Assembly: GCA_964016885.1 (NCBI GenBank)
Contig: OZ024750.1
Span: 54,250,001-54,314,000 of the forward strand
Length of the DNA stretch: 64,000 nt
Direction: 5' to 3'
DNA from: Eledone cirrhosa
Lineage: Eukaryota
A program made the translations under genes and the position numbers. Positions 1 through 13,819 of the stretch are shown here, piece by piece. Each line of letters begins with the position of its first letter. The first letter of the stretch is position 1. The notes under the pieces are model-generated. The model was given only the letters and a program-made list of their open reading frames with translations. It ran no database searches and had not been told where the DNA came from.

Positions 1-3000
1 TGTCATGATACCTACATGACCACTTTACAGTGTGGACTGGGTGCTTGCTTTTGTCATGAAACCTACATGACCACTTTACAGTGTGGACTGGGTGCTTGCT
101 TTTGTCATGAAACCCACATGACCACTTTACAGTGTGGGCTGGGTGCTTGCTTTTGTCATGATACCTACATGACCACTTTACAGTGTGGGCTGGGCTCTTT
201 TGTCATGATACCGACATGACAACTTTACAGTGTGGACTGGGTGCTTGCTTTTGTCATGATACCGACATGACCACTTTACAGTGTGGACTGGGTGCTTGCT
301 TTTGTCATGAAACCTACATGACCACTTTACAGTGTGGGCTGGGTACTTGCTTTTGTCATGATACCGACATGACCACTTTACAGTGTGGACTGGGTGCTTG
401 CTTTTGTCATGAATCCTACATGACCACTTTACAGTGTGGACTGGGTGCTTGCTTTTGTCATGAAACCTACATGACCACTTTACAGTGTGGACTGGGTGCT
501 TGCTTTTGTCATGAAACCTACATGACCACTTTACAGTGTGGACTGGGTGCTTGCTTTTGTCATGAAACCTACATGACCACTTTACAGTGTGGACTGGGTG
601 CTTGCTTTTGTCATGAATCCTACATGACCACTTTACAGTGTGGACTGGGTGCTTGCTTTTGTCATGAAACCTACATGACCACTTTACAGTGTGGACTGGG
701 TGCTTGCTTTTGTCATGATACCTACATGACCACTTTACAGTGTGGACTGGGTGCTTGCTTTTGTCATGAAACCTACATGACCACTTTACAGTGTGGACTG
801 GGTGCTTGCTTTTGTCATGAATCCTACATGACCACTTTACAGTGTGGGCTGGGTGCTTGCTTTTGTCATGATACCTACATGACCACTTTACAGTGTGGAC
901 TGGGTGCTTGCTTTTGTCATGAAACCTACATGACCACTTTACAGTGTGGACTGGGTGCTTGCTTTTGTCATGAAACCCACATGACCACTTTACAGTGTGG
1001 GCTGGGTGCTTGCTTTTGTCATGATACCTACATGACCACTTTACAGTGTGGGCTGGGCTCTTTTGTCATGATACCGACATGACAACTTTACAGTGTGGAC
1101 TGGGTGCTTGCTTTTGTCATGATACCGACATGACCACTTTACAGTGTGGACTGGGTGCTTGCTTTTGTCATGAAACCTACATGACCACTTTACAGTGTGG
1201 GCTGGGTACTTGCTTTTGTCATGATACCGACATGACCACTTTACAGTGTGGACTGGGTGCTTGCTTTTGTCATGATACCGACATGACCACTTTACAGTGT
1301 GTGCTGGGTACTTGCTTTTGTCATGATACCGACATGACCACTTTACAGTGTGGACTGGGTGCTTGCTTTTGTCATGATACCGACATGACCACTTTACAGT
1401 GTGGACTGGGTGCTTGCTTTTGTCATGATACCGACATGACCACTTTACAGTGTGGACTGGGTGCTTGCTTTTGTCATGACACCGTCATGGCCACTTTACA
1501 GTGTGGACTGGGTGCTTTCTTTTGTCATGACACCGAAATGACCACTTTACAGTGTGGACTGGGTGCTTGCTTTTGTCATGAAACCTACATGACCACTTTA
1601 CAGTGTGGACTGGGTGCTTGCTTTTGTCATGATACCTACATCACCACTTTACAGTGTGGACTGGGTGCTTGCTTTTGTCATGATACCTACATGACCACTT
1701 TACAGCGTGGACTGGGTGCTTGCTTTTGTCATGATACCTACATGACCACTTTACAGCGTGGACTGGGTGCTTGCTTTTGTCATGATACCTACATGACCAC
1801 TTTACAGTGTGGACTGGGTGCTTGCTTTTGTCATGAAACCTACATGACCACTTTACAGTGTGGACTGGGTGCTTGCTTTTGTCATGAAACCCACATGACC
1901 ACTTTACAGTGTGGACTGGGTGCTTGCTTTTGTCATGAAACCTACATGACCACTTTACAGTGTGGGCTCGGTGCATGCTTTTGTCATGAAACCTACATGA
2001 CCACTTTACAGTGTGGGCTGGGTGCTTGCTTTTGTCATGACACCGACATGACCACTTTACAGTGTGGACTGGGTGCTTGCTTTTGTCATGATACCGACAT
2101 GACCACTTTACAGTGTGGACTGGGTGCTTGCTTTTGTCATGATACCTACATGACCACTTTACAGTGTGGGCTGGGTACTTGCTTTTGTCATGATACCGAC
2201 ATGACCACTTTACAGTGTGGACTGGGTGCTTGCTTTTGTCATGACACCGACATGACCACTTTACAGTGTGGACTGGGTGCTTGCTTTTGTCATGATACCG
2301 ACATGACCACTTTACAGTGTGGACTGCTGAGTGCTTGCTTTTGTCATGAAACCTACATGACCACTTTACAGTGTGGACTGGGTGCTTGCTTTTGTCATGA
2401 TACCGATATGACCACTTTACAGTGTGGACTGGGTGCTTGCTTTTGTCATGATACCGATATGACCACTTTACAGTGTGGACTGGGTGCTCGCTTTTGTCAT
2501 GATACCGACATGACCACTTTACAGTGTGGACTGGGTGCTTGCTTTTGTCATGACACCGACATGACCACTTTACAGTGTGGACTGGGTGCTTGCTTTTGTC
2601 ATGATACCTACATGACCACTTTACAGTGTGGACTGGGTGCTTGCTTTTGTCATGAAACCTACATGACCACTTTACAGTGTGGACTGGGTGCTTGCTTTTG
2701 TCATGATACCGATATGACCACTTTACAGTGTGGACTGGGTGCTCGCTTTTGTCATGATACCGACATGACCACTTTACAGTGTGGACTGGGTGCTTGCTTT
2801 TGTCATGACACCGACATGACCACTTTACAGTGTGGACTGGGTGCTTGCTTTTGTCATGATACCGACATGACCACTTTACAGTGTGGACTGCTGGGTGCTT
2901 GCTTTTGTCATGAAACCTACATGACCACTTTACAGTGTGGACTGGGTGCTTGCTTTTGTCATGATACCGATATGACCACTTTACAGTGTGGACTGGGTGC

Positions 3001-6000
3001 TCGCTTTTGTCATGATACCGACATGACCACTTTACAGTGTGGACTGGGTGCTCGCTTTTGTCATGATACCGACATGACCACTTTACAGTGTGGACTGGGT
3101 GCTCGCTTTTGTCATGATACCTACATGACCATCATAGTGTGGACTGGGTGCTTGCTTTTGTCATGAAACCTACATGACCACTTTACAGTGTGGACTGGGT
3201 GCTTGCTTTTGTCATGATACCTACATGACCACTTTACAGTGTGGACTGGGTGCTTGCTTTTGTCATGATACCGACATGACCACTTTACAGTGTGGACTGG
3301 GTGCTTGCTTTTGTCATGATACCGACATGACCACTTTACAGTGTGGGCTGGGTGCTTGCTTTTGTCATGATACCTACATGACCACTTTACAGTGTGGACT
3401 GGGTGCTTGCTTTTGTCATGACACCGACATGACCACTTTACAGTGTGGACTGGGTGCTTGCTTTTGTCATGACACCGACATGACCACTTTACAGTGTGGA
3501 CTGGGTGCTTGCTTTTGTCATGACACCGACATGACCACTTTACAGTGTGGACTGGGTGCTTGCTTTTGTCATGATACCTACATGACCACTTTACAGTGTG
3601 GACTGGGTGCTTGCTTTTGTCATGATACCTACATGACCACTTTACAGTGTGGACTGGGTGCTTGTTTTTGTCATGATACCTACATGACCACTTTACAGTG
3701 TGGACTGGGTGCTTGCTTTTGTCATGATACCTACATGACCACTTTACAGTGTGGACTGGGTGCTTGTTTTTGTCATGATACCTACATGACCACTTTACAG
3801 TGTGGACTGGGTGCTTGCTTTTGTCATGACACCGACATGACCACTTTACAGTGTGGACTGGGTGATTGCTTTTGTCATGACACCGACATGACCACTTTAC
3901 AGTGTGGACTGGGTGATTGCTTTTGTCATGACACCGACATGACCACTTTACAGTGTGGACTGGGTGTTTGCTTTTGTCATGATACCTACATAACCACTTT
4001 ACAGTGTGGACTGGGTGCTTGCTTTTGTCATGATACCTACATGACCACTTTACAGGGTGGACTGGGTGCTTGCTTTTGTCATGAAACCTACATGACCACT
4101 TTACAGTGTGGACTGGGTGCTTGCTTTTGTCATGAAACCTACATGACCACTTTACAGTGTGGACTGGGTGCTTGCTTTTGTCATGAAACCTACATGACCA
4201 CTTTACAGTGTGGACTGGGTGCTTGCTTTTGTCATGAATCCTACATGACCACTTTACAGTGTGGGCTGGGTGCTTGCTTTTGTCATGATACCTACATGAC
4301 CACTTTACAGTGTGGACTGGGTGCTTGCTTTTGTCATGAAACCTACATGACCACTTTACAGTGTGGACTGGGTGCTTGCTTTTGTCATGAAACCCACATG
4401 ACCACTTTACAGTGTGGGCTGGGTGCTTGCTTTTGTCATGATACCTACATGACCACTTTACAGTGTGGGCTGGGCTCTTTTGTCATGATACCGACATGAC
4501 AACTTTACAGTGTGGACTGGGTGCTTGCTTTTGTCATGATACCGACATGACCACTTTACAGTGTGGACTGGGTGCTTGCTTTTGTCATGAAACCTACATG
4601 ACCACTTTACAGTGTGGACTGGGTGCTTGCTTTTGTCATGATACCTACATGACCACTTTACAGTGTGGACTGGGTGCTTGCTTTTGTCATGATACCTACA
4701 TGACCACTTTACAGTGTGGACTGGGTGCTTGCTTTTGTCATGAAACCTACATGACCACTTTACAGTGTGGACTGGGTGCTTGCTTTTGTCATGAATCCTA
4801 CATGACCACTTTACAGTGTGGGCTGGGTGCTTGCTTTTGTCATGAAACCTACATGACCACTTTACAGTGTGGACTGGGTGCTTGCTTTTGTCATGAATCC
4901 TACATGACCACTTTACAGTGTGGACTGGGTGCTTGCTTTTGTCATGAAACCTACATGACCACTTTACAGTGTGGACTGGGTGCTTGCTTTTGTCATGAAA
5001 CCTACATGACCACTTTACAGTGTGGACTGGGTGCTTGCTTTTGTCATGAATCCTACATGACCACTTTACAGTGTGGACTGGGTGCTTGCTTTTGTCATGA
5101 AACCTACATGACCACTTTACAGTGTGGACTGGGTGCTTGCTTTTGTCATGAATCCTACATGACCACTTTACAGTGTGGGCTGGGTGCTTGCTTTTGTCAT
5201 GATACCTACATGACCACTTTACAGTGTGGACTGGGTGCTTGCTTTTGTCATGAAACCTACATGACCACTTTACAGTGTGGACTGGGTGCTTGCTTTTGTC
5301 ATGAAACCCACATGACCACTTTACAGTGTGGGCTGGGTGCTTGCTTTTGTCATGATACCTACATGACCACTTTACAGTGTGGGCTGGGCTCTTTTGTCAT
5401 GATACCGACATGACAACTTTACAGTGTGGACTGGGTGCTTGCTTTTGTCATGATACCGACATGACCACTTTACAGTGTGGACTGGGTGCTTGCTTTTGTC
5501 ATGAAACCTACATGACCACTTTACAGTGTGGGCTGGGTACTTGCTTTTGTCATGATACCGACATGACCACTTTACAGTGTGGACTGGGTGCTTGCTTTTG
5601 TCATGAATCCTACATGACCACTTTACAGTGTGGACTGGGTGCTTGCTTTTGTCATGAAACCTACATGACCACTTTACAGTGTGGACTGGGTGCTTGCTTT
5701 TGTCATGAAACCTACATGACCACTTTACAGTGTGGACTGGGTGCTTGCTTTTGTCATGAAACCTACATGACCACTTTACAGTGTGGACTGGGTGCTTGCT
5801 TTTGTCATGAATCCTACATGACCACTTTACAGTGTGGACTGGGTGCTTGCTTTTGTCATGAAACCTACATGACCACTTTACAGTGTGGACTGGGTGCTTG
5901 CTTTTGTCATGATACCTACATGACCACTTTACAGTGTGGACTGGGTGCTTGCTTTTGTCATGAAACCTACATGACCACTTTACAGTGTGGACTGGGTGCT

Positions 6001-7483
6001 TGCTTTTGTCATGAATCCTACATGACCACTTTACAGTGTGGGCTGGGTGCTTGCTTTTGTCATGATACCTACATGACCACTTTACAGTGTGGACTGGGTG
6101 CTTGCTTTTGTCATGAAACCTACATGACCACTTTACAGTGTGGACTGGGTGCTTGCTTTTGTCATGAAACCCACATGACCACTTTACAGTGTGGGCTGGG
6201 TGCTTGCTTTTGTCATGATACCTACATGACCACTTTACAGTGTGGGCTGGGCTCTTTTGTCATGATACCGACATGACAACTTTACAGTGTGGACTGGGTG
6301 CTTGCTTTTGTCATGATACCGACATGACCACTTTACAGTGTGGACTGGGTGCTTGCTTTTGTCATGAAACCTACATGACCACTTTACAGTGTGGGCTGGG
6401 TACTTGCTTTTGTCATGATACCGACATGACCACTTTACAGTGTGGACTGGGTGCTTGCTTTTGTCATGATACCGACATGACCACTTTACAGTGTGTGCTG
6501 GGTACTTGCTTTTGTCATGATACCGACATGACCACTTTACAGTGTGGACTGGGTGCTTGCTTTTGTCATGATACCGACATGACCACTTTACAGTGTGGAC
6601 TGGGTGCTTGCTTTTGTCATGATACCGACATGACCACTTTACAGTGTGGACTGGGTGCTTGCTTTTGTCATGACACCGTCATGGCCACTTTACAGTGTGG
6701 ACTGGGTGCTTTCTTTTGTCATGACACCGAAATGACCACTTTACAGTGTGGACTGGGTGCTTGCTTTTGTCATGAAACCTACATGACCACTTTACAGTGT
6801 GGACTGGGTGCTTGCTTTTGTCATGATACCTACATCACCACTTTACAGTGTGGACTGGGTGCTTGCTTTTGTCATGATACCTACATGACCACTTTACAGC
6901 GTGGACTGGGTGCTTGCTTTTGTCATGATACCTACATGACCACTTTACAGCGTGGACTGGGTGCTTGCTTTTGTCATGATACCTACATGACCACTTTACA
7001 GTGTGGACTGGGTGCTTGCTTTTGTCATGAAACCTACATGACCACTTTACAGTGTGGACTGGGTGCTTGCTTTTGTCATGAAACCCACATGACCACTTTA
7101 CAGTGTGGACTGGGTGCTTGCTTTTGTCATGAAACCTACATGACCACTTTACAGTGTGGGCTCGGTGCATGCTTTTGTCATGAAACCTACATGACCACTT
7201 TACAGTGTGGGCTGGGTGCTTGCTTTTGTCATGACACCGACATGACCACTTTACAGTGTGGACTGGGTGCTTGCTTTTGTCATGATACCGACATGACCAC
7301 TTTACAGTGTGGACTGTGTGCTTGCTTTTGTCATGATACCGACATGACCACTTTACAGTGTGGACTGGGTGCTTGCTTTTGTCATGACACCGACATAACC
7401 ACTTTACAGTGTGGGCTGTGCTATTGTGTCATGATACCGACATGACCACTTTACAGTGTGGACTGGTTGGTTGCTTTTGTCAC
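1..7483. repeat. 51-bp minisatellite array (~147 units; runs off the left edge)
   Basis: Unit CCACTTTACAGTGTGGACTGGGTGCTTGCTTTTGTCATGA(T/A)ACC(T/G)ACATGA repeated continuously. Recurrent variants include 47-bp units near 190, 1055, 4470, 5385 and 6250, and +3-bp units near 2325 and 2888. Confidence 0.98.
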
Positions 7484-8122
7484 GGTCCTGTGTCTTAGTG
7501 AGGTGTAACTTGGCAAAGTCAGCTCTTATTACCTCATCCCAAGTCTTCCTAGGCCTGCCTACTTTACGGCTACCATCAACATTAAGCTCTCTGTGCCTTT
7601 TTATACAGCTTTGATCCTTCATACGCAACACATGTCCATACCAAAGCAATCTCTCCTGCACACAACATCTGACCCCTCTGTGCCTAATTTCTTGTGCAGT
7701 TTATGCTTTGCCGTTCACATATGTTGCTATTACACAACCAGTGAAGCATGGAGGCTTCATTTCTTTCCAATCTTCGCAGGTCCTCAGCACACTGTGCCCA
7801 GGTCTCGCTGTGCAACATTGTTGTTCATATACATGCATCATACATTCTGCCTTTCATTTTGAGGGAAAAACCTTTTGTAGTTAACAGCAGTAGTAAATCC
7901 CTGAACTTTCTCCAACCCGATCTCACTCTGGCTACTGTACTTTCGGACCCCCCCCCCCTGCTGATTTGGTCACCCACGTAACAGAAGCTATCTACCACTT
8001 CTATAGAGCTTTTTAGGCATTTGAAGGTGATTGTATCCTGAGGGCTCTTGCTACTTATTGCTCCTGTGCACCGACCACATGTAAAACGTAAGTTCTTAGT
8101 TAGTCTGCCTGAGATCCCACTG
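7480..8122 (-). mobile_element. RTE-clade LINE 3' coding fragment, fused to the minisatellite
   Basis: Minus-strand translation ERLLWYGHVLRMKDQSCIKR...GRPRKTWDEVIRAD, the RTE C-terminal motif. Homologous to 21850-22530. Confidence 0.9.
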
Positions 8123-8139
8123 TTTCATATTTTGGCATG

Positions 8140-8435
8140 GTGTCTATTGCTAGATGTCCTTCCTAATGCCAACCACTTCACAAAGTGCATTGTGTACATT
8201 TTATTGTGAAACCATCACTACCATTTAACAGTGTCCAGGTACATTTTATCATGGCATCAACACTACCACTTTACAATGAGTATTAGGTACATTTTATCAT
8301 AGCACTTTATAGAGTGCACTGGGTGCATTTTATTGTGACACCAGCTCTACTACTTGCATAGTGTAGTGAATGTATTTTATCATGGCACCAGCACTACCAC
8401 TTTATAGAGTATACTGGGTGAATTTTATCATTGTC
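8140..8435. repeat. Degenerate ~45-50 bp tandem copies of the same SINE/RTE 3' module
   Basis: Repeated CCACTTTA(C/T)AGAGT..ACTGGGTGCATTTTATCATGGCACC-like units following GATGTCCTTCCTAATGCCAACCAC. Confidence 0.6.
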
Positions 8436-9880
8436 ACAGAACTAGGTAGGTTGTATTGCATAACAAATATCACAAATATAGAAAGTGCTCAAATTTTCAG
8501 TTTTGGGTGAAACATCTACATCGACAACAACAATAATTTCCCTGCTAGTAATTTTTTTTCTACATACAAAAAAGGTGCTGAGTTGGATCAGGGTTTCAAA
8601 CAAATTGTCTTGTAGTATTTATATTTGCTCTTTACGTCCTGAGTTCAAATCTTACTGAAATCAACTTGGCTGTTCATCATCCTGGGGTTGATAAAGTACA
8701 AGTCTAGTGTACAGGGTGAACAGGATGCCTTGTGGTATTTGTCCTGGCTCTTTGTATTCTGACTTTTAAACCACTGGCAGGGATTGGAGTTTCTCACTAT
8801 GTACACATCTGAAGTTAACCATGGATTGCATTCGAAAGGTCCATTGTATTGGGCCTGCTGAGTGCAGGTGGTACTTGACAAGAATGGTTAAAAATCTTGA
8901 ACTGATCAAGTAGGCATGAGGATGAGGGGTAATAGGCTGAAACATGTCCATAGTTGTCACCTACAAAAGTCAAACCTTACTTCACCTGAGCATGTAAATT
9001 AACTTGAGATTTATTTTTCATTTTTTGAAATTATCTCGCACTTCGTTTAGGTGTTTCTTGCAATTGCCACTAGGGTTTTGTTGTTCACCAAATCAGAGGG
9101 AAATTTCAGGAATTATTTTGTATACAACATTCATCACATTCACTTGTTACGTAACTTGTGTGTGGTGATAGGAAAGGCATACGACCATAGAAAACCTGCC
9201 AAATAATAGGTTGAGAGGACTCTTTAGCATGTGCTGGTGTTACAATAAAATGCACTCGGTTGAGAGTAGGAACATAAGCTAGACACAGGCACCTTGGCCT
9301 ACTGTGGAGTCAGTATTTCTACTTTGAGTGCCAACCCTTACTAGTAGGGAAATTGGGGATGTTAAACAATGATAATGATATATGCTTCTGATCAGTTTCT
9401 ATTTACTAAATTACATCTCCAAATTAAAGTTATGGTTTAAAAGAATTCTCCATGGGATGACAATGGGCTTAGGTTCAGAATCATATGGTTGTTGCTAAGC
9501 AGACTTAACCAACCAGCCATACGTGCACTATGATATATTAATTACTTGTCTTCAATTTTAACCCTTTCAATACCATAATTCTAATGAAAAATGCTGCCTG
9601 ATCCCCTCTCCCCCCAAAAATGAAAATAAAAAAATTTAGGATTTAGTACTATAACTTTCTCAATATTAAGCTGGTGTTTGGAGCAAACTTAAAGTTTCTT
9701 ACAAAAAAGTATGATGGAAGGTTTTAAAATATAAATACTTTTGAATAAACAGTTTTGTGTCATAAGTCCAGGGACAGTTTTAGACAGTTTGGTAATGAAA
9801 AGATTAAACAATTTTGTCTTTATAGTGTTGAAATCTGTATTACTTTAGTATGCTGTTATGGGATAAACTTAATATTTCAG

Positions 9881-10048
9881 TTGACATGGACAACACATGT
9901 GGTTCTACAAAACGCAAATCTTGATTTTGCTAATGAGCACGTCCTGAGTTATCTTCCCCTGAGTCATGTGGCTGCACAATTGCTTGATATATATTTGACT
10001 ATTTCAGCTGGTGGCACACTTTACTTTGCACAGCCAGATGCTCTGAAG
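9881..10048 (+). CDS. ACSBG2: ACSBG-like long-chain acyl-CoA synthetase, first exon in window
   Basis: ttttcAG-type acceptor (aatatttcAG), GTaagg donor. Encodes LTWT...VLSYLPLSHVAAQLLDIY...YFAQPDALK; 168 bp, phase 0/0. Symbol reflects bubblegum-family assignment, not tested orthology. Confidence 0.93.
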
Positions 10049-11085
10049 GTAAGGCTTTTCATAAACATATATATATATAAATTTTTTCATCTATTGCCTG
10101 TGGATGCAAACAGTTAAGATGTTCACTTGACAATCATGAGCAACCTGGTTCAATCACATTTTGAGGTATCTTGGGTGTCATTTACCATAGCTACAGGTTG
10201 ACCTTGTCAGTGAAATTGGCTTAACAAAAATCTTTTGAAAGATGGACAATACCTGTAATTGAAAAGGTCAGCCTCATCACACACTGTGTTACGCTGATTC
10301 TCCCTGAGAATTACGTTAAAAATATGTCAGTGGAATACTCAGTTACTTATTTGTTAGTTTCATAATGTGGTTGTGCCATTAGTTGAACCATTGGAACGCT
10401 CATTGTTGAAATGAACTCACTAATTCCACTACAGACTCTTTTCTGAATAAAATAACAGAATACTATATTTAACATCACCTAATTTCATCATCACCATTTT
10501 ATGTCCACTTTCCATGCTGGCATGGGTTGGACTTCAGCTTGCTCATATATATATTATATTTGGCATAGTTTCTACAGCTTGATGTATTTTCTAAAACCAA
10601 TCACATTACAGAGTGTACTGGCTGTAATGGCTATCAGATCATTTGATAATTTAGTTGATTATGATCCATTAATCATTTAAAGTGACATTTGTTTCTTCGA
10701 AGAATGTTCCCGTTGTTTTGTCAACTCATTAATGTGCAAGTGGCTTAGTATTTTACAGACACGTGTACCTTTAACATAATTCTCAGGGAGATTCAACATG
10801 ACACAATCTGTGGCAAGGCTAGCTCTTTCAATTAAGAGTGCAATCCAATTGTCATCCAAATGTTATGGCTATTCACTCACAAAGCCTGGGTCAACCCGAG
10901 ATAATGGTAAAAAACACCTGCCTGAGGAATCCAGAGCTATATGATTGTGAAGCTATATGATTTAACTGTTTGTCCATACTTCATCTATATATGTCCCACT
11001 GATACAATTTATTTAAAACTCTTTATTTCACTAAAGATAAATAACATCTTTCTTTGTAAAAGAAATTTTCTAAATTCTCTTTCAG

Positions 11086-11267
11086 TCTTCACTAGTTCTT
11101 ACATTAAGAGAAGTACGTCCAACATGCTTCCTGGGTGTGCCCAGAGTTTGGGAGAAGATTGTGGAGAAAATAAAAACTGCTGGTCACGAATCAAGTAACT
11201 TGAGGAAGAAGATTGCTACCTGGGCTAAATCTGTAGGATTGAAAGGAGGTTACAGTCGTATGAATGG
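11086..11267 (+). CDS. ACSBG2: ACSBG-like exon
   Basis: ttcAG / GTagga. Encodes SSLVLTLREVRPTCFLGVPRVWEKIVEKI...KIATWAKSVGL; 182 bp, phase 0/2. Confidence 0.93.
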
Positions 11268-11593
11268 GTAGGAAAGTCATATATTTAATATCAAGTTTTT
11301 ATTTTCTATGCCAGTCATTAACCCTCTTAGCACTACTAGGTGACTATTAAGCAAAAACATGCTATTGGTTAATTGTCAGAAACAATAGAAAAATAATATA
11401 ACTCAAAATAACATTTTAAAGCTGTTATATTGCCTTTGTAGTGGTTCTCGCCATGTTATCAAGTATGTTATATTGGTTTGGCAAGGGTTAAGTGGAAAGT
11501 TTACAATTTAAACTTAAGTAAATGTTATGTTTGATTTTAAAGTTTACACCCTCCAATCCAGAAGTTTATTTTTATTTTGTATGTTTACTATAT

Positions 11594-11829
11594 TTAACCT
11601 TTTTGTACCATATTTCTAACAAAAGACACTACTGTCTATGATTTTCAAATAATCTTTAAAATAATTAAGAATTTGAAAGGATTTCATAATATGATTAATT
11701 TTCTCATCATTTACATGGTGTTTGTAACATAACAAAGGGATTTTAAATGAATATAAATACTTTAAAATAAACAGCGTTGTATCATGAAAACAGGGTTGGT
11801 TTCATACAGTTTGGTATCAAAAGGGTTAA
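11594..11829. mobile_element. piggyBac-like MITE (TTAA-flanked); relatives at ~9558-9807, 14413-14779 and ~32365-32583
   Basis: TTAA-CCTTTTTGTACCA ... TGGTATCAAAAGGG-TTAA imperfect terminal inverted repeats (TIRs) around an AT-rich interior that recurs in several copies. Confidence 0.55.
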
Positions 11830-13603
11830 ACCAAATGATGGGTGAAGTCTACTATCCAGTATTTGATCTCTGTCAGGCATTTGTCTTATATTCTAATAAC
11901 TCTGTCAGCTGCTGCCCCAAAACACATACCAAATATTGATTATTTTTCTATATTTTAATGAAATAAAATTATAATTAAGATTTGACAAAAAAAAATATAA
12001 CAAAAATCAATTGGTCACTCGTATTGAAAATATAACATGAAAACATTTTTCTATTGTTTTTAAATCTCAGTAAACGTTTAGATAGATTTCAAGATTAATA
12101 TTTTTTTTTTAATAGTTTATAACTGTTTAGAAGTCTTCGTTGCATCAGTTTTGAACTGTTAAAAAGTAACAATTGAAAAAAAAAACAAACAAAAAAACCC
12201 AATAACTTTTGTATTTCTCTGGCTATTGATTATCTGTTAAAGAGATTTATTTCTTTTTGACAGCATTCAAAGCCAGGGAAAGTTCCAGCGGTAATGATTT
12301 CCTGCTATTACAGCTTCTTAGCATGTTGTCAGTGCCTTGTTTTAGTGACAACTGGTTTTACTATGTGCATGAGTTAAAGCTTGTGATTGTGTTGTGGAAA
12401 AAAAAAAGAACCTTGTTACAACGAAATGCTTGCAGCATTATAAAATTGTATACTTTTCCCAAAGTGTACCATTATAAAATTGTATACTTTTCCCAAATTA
12501 TACCATTTTAAAGTGGTATACTTTTTCTTAAGTATACCATTTTATATAATGGTATACTTTATCTAAAGCATGTTTTGCTAACTTTCTCATTTCCATCTGT
12601 ATCCTCTTTCCTATTTTTGAGATTTTTAGAGCTGCTAATTTGATAAGAATGTACTGAACTTAATAAGCTAGTACATCTATGTTCATTTAGTGTTTATAGT
12701 TATGTCATGTATTGTTTACTTTATACTTTTTATACATATTTGGTCATTATATGTATTGGTGCCAGGATAAAATGTACCCAGTACACCCTGTAAAATGATT
12801 GGCACTCAAACAGAAATAATATATTGTAGAGAAGACTTTTCAATCTTGCCAAGTACGTAACCTCTCTAGTGCTGGTTCAATGATAAATCACTCAGTACAC
12901 TTTGTGGTAGTTCTGGTGCCATGATAAAATGCATCTGGTACGCTCTGTACTTTTAGCTTTGGAGTCATTCTGAATGCTTTTGGGGTGAAATAGAAATGGA
13001 GAATCATCACCATCATTTTTATGCCTGCTTTTCTATGCTAGTATAGGTTGGATGCAACCTTTTGAGGCAGTTTTCTATAGCCAGATACATGCTTTTTTTA
13101 AAAAGTATGGTATGTGCTGATGACTTTTGAACCACTAAGTTGCAGGACATATTGTTTGTGGAACATAAACAAACATTGTTTTAAACTCTTGCTTTAAATT
13201 ATCATCTAACCCATGCTAGCATGGAAGATAGACGTTAAATGATGATGATGATGAATTATGCATGGAGACAAATGCACATACATACACAGGTATATATATG
13301 TATGTGTGAGTATATCTACACACACACATTTATGTACATGATGAGGGACCTCAGTTTCCCTGTATCAATTCACTCACAAGGTGTTAGTGAGCCTGAGACT
13401 ATAGTAGAAGATAACTTGCTAAAGGTGTTGCACAGTGGGATCAAACCTGAAACCATGTGGTAGCAAAGCAAACTTCTTATTTGCACATCCATACCTATAC
13501 CTTCCCAGTTGAAAAACCCTTAGTTCACTCAAAAGTTAAAATATAATAAAAAAAGTACAACCAACTGACAAGCAAGCATTTCCAGGCCTTTTTTTTTCTT
13601 TGC

Positions 13604-13819
13604 TTAACCCTTTAGCATTTACATTAATCTATATTTACTATTGTACTTTTGTGGTAAAGGTTCTACCTCACATAATATCGAATCTATGAGATTTTGATAT
13701 TATTTATTTTGAGAACAATCCCTTAACGTTGGTATGAGTGGCCAGTTACAGCTGGTTTGAATAGAAAGAGATGAGGGAGTTCTGGCTGGATACGGCCAGT
13801 TTAAATGCTATAGGGTTAA
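13604..13819. mobile_element. piggyBac-like MITE
   Basis: TTAA-CCCTTTAGCATTTA ... TAAATGCTATAGGG-TTAA: 14-bp TIR with one mismatch, TTAA on both sides. Confidence 0.7.

Noticed and set aside
16-7445. Long Cys/His-rich repeat ORFs (MTTLQCGLGACFCHDTY)n resembling a metal-binding protein
   Set aside because: A 51-bp unit that is stop-free in one frame gives long ORFs automatically. Recurrent 4-bp and 2-bp deletions break the frame, the unit derives from a retroelement UTR, and the array appears to lie in an intron.
1-7483. CRISPR-like array
   Set aside because: There are no unique spacers; units are contiguous near-identical repeats. No cas genes are present and the context is eukaryotic.
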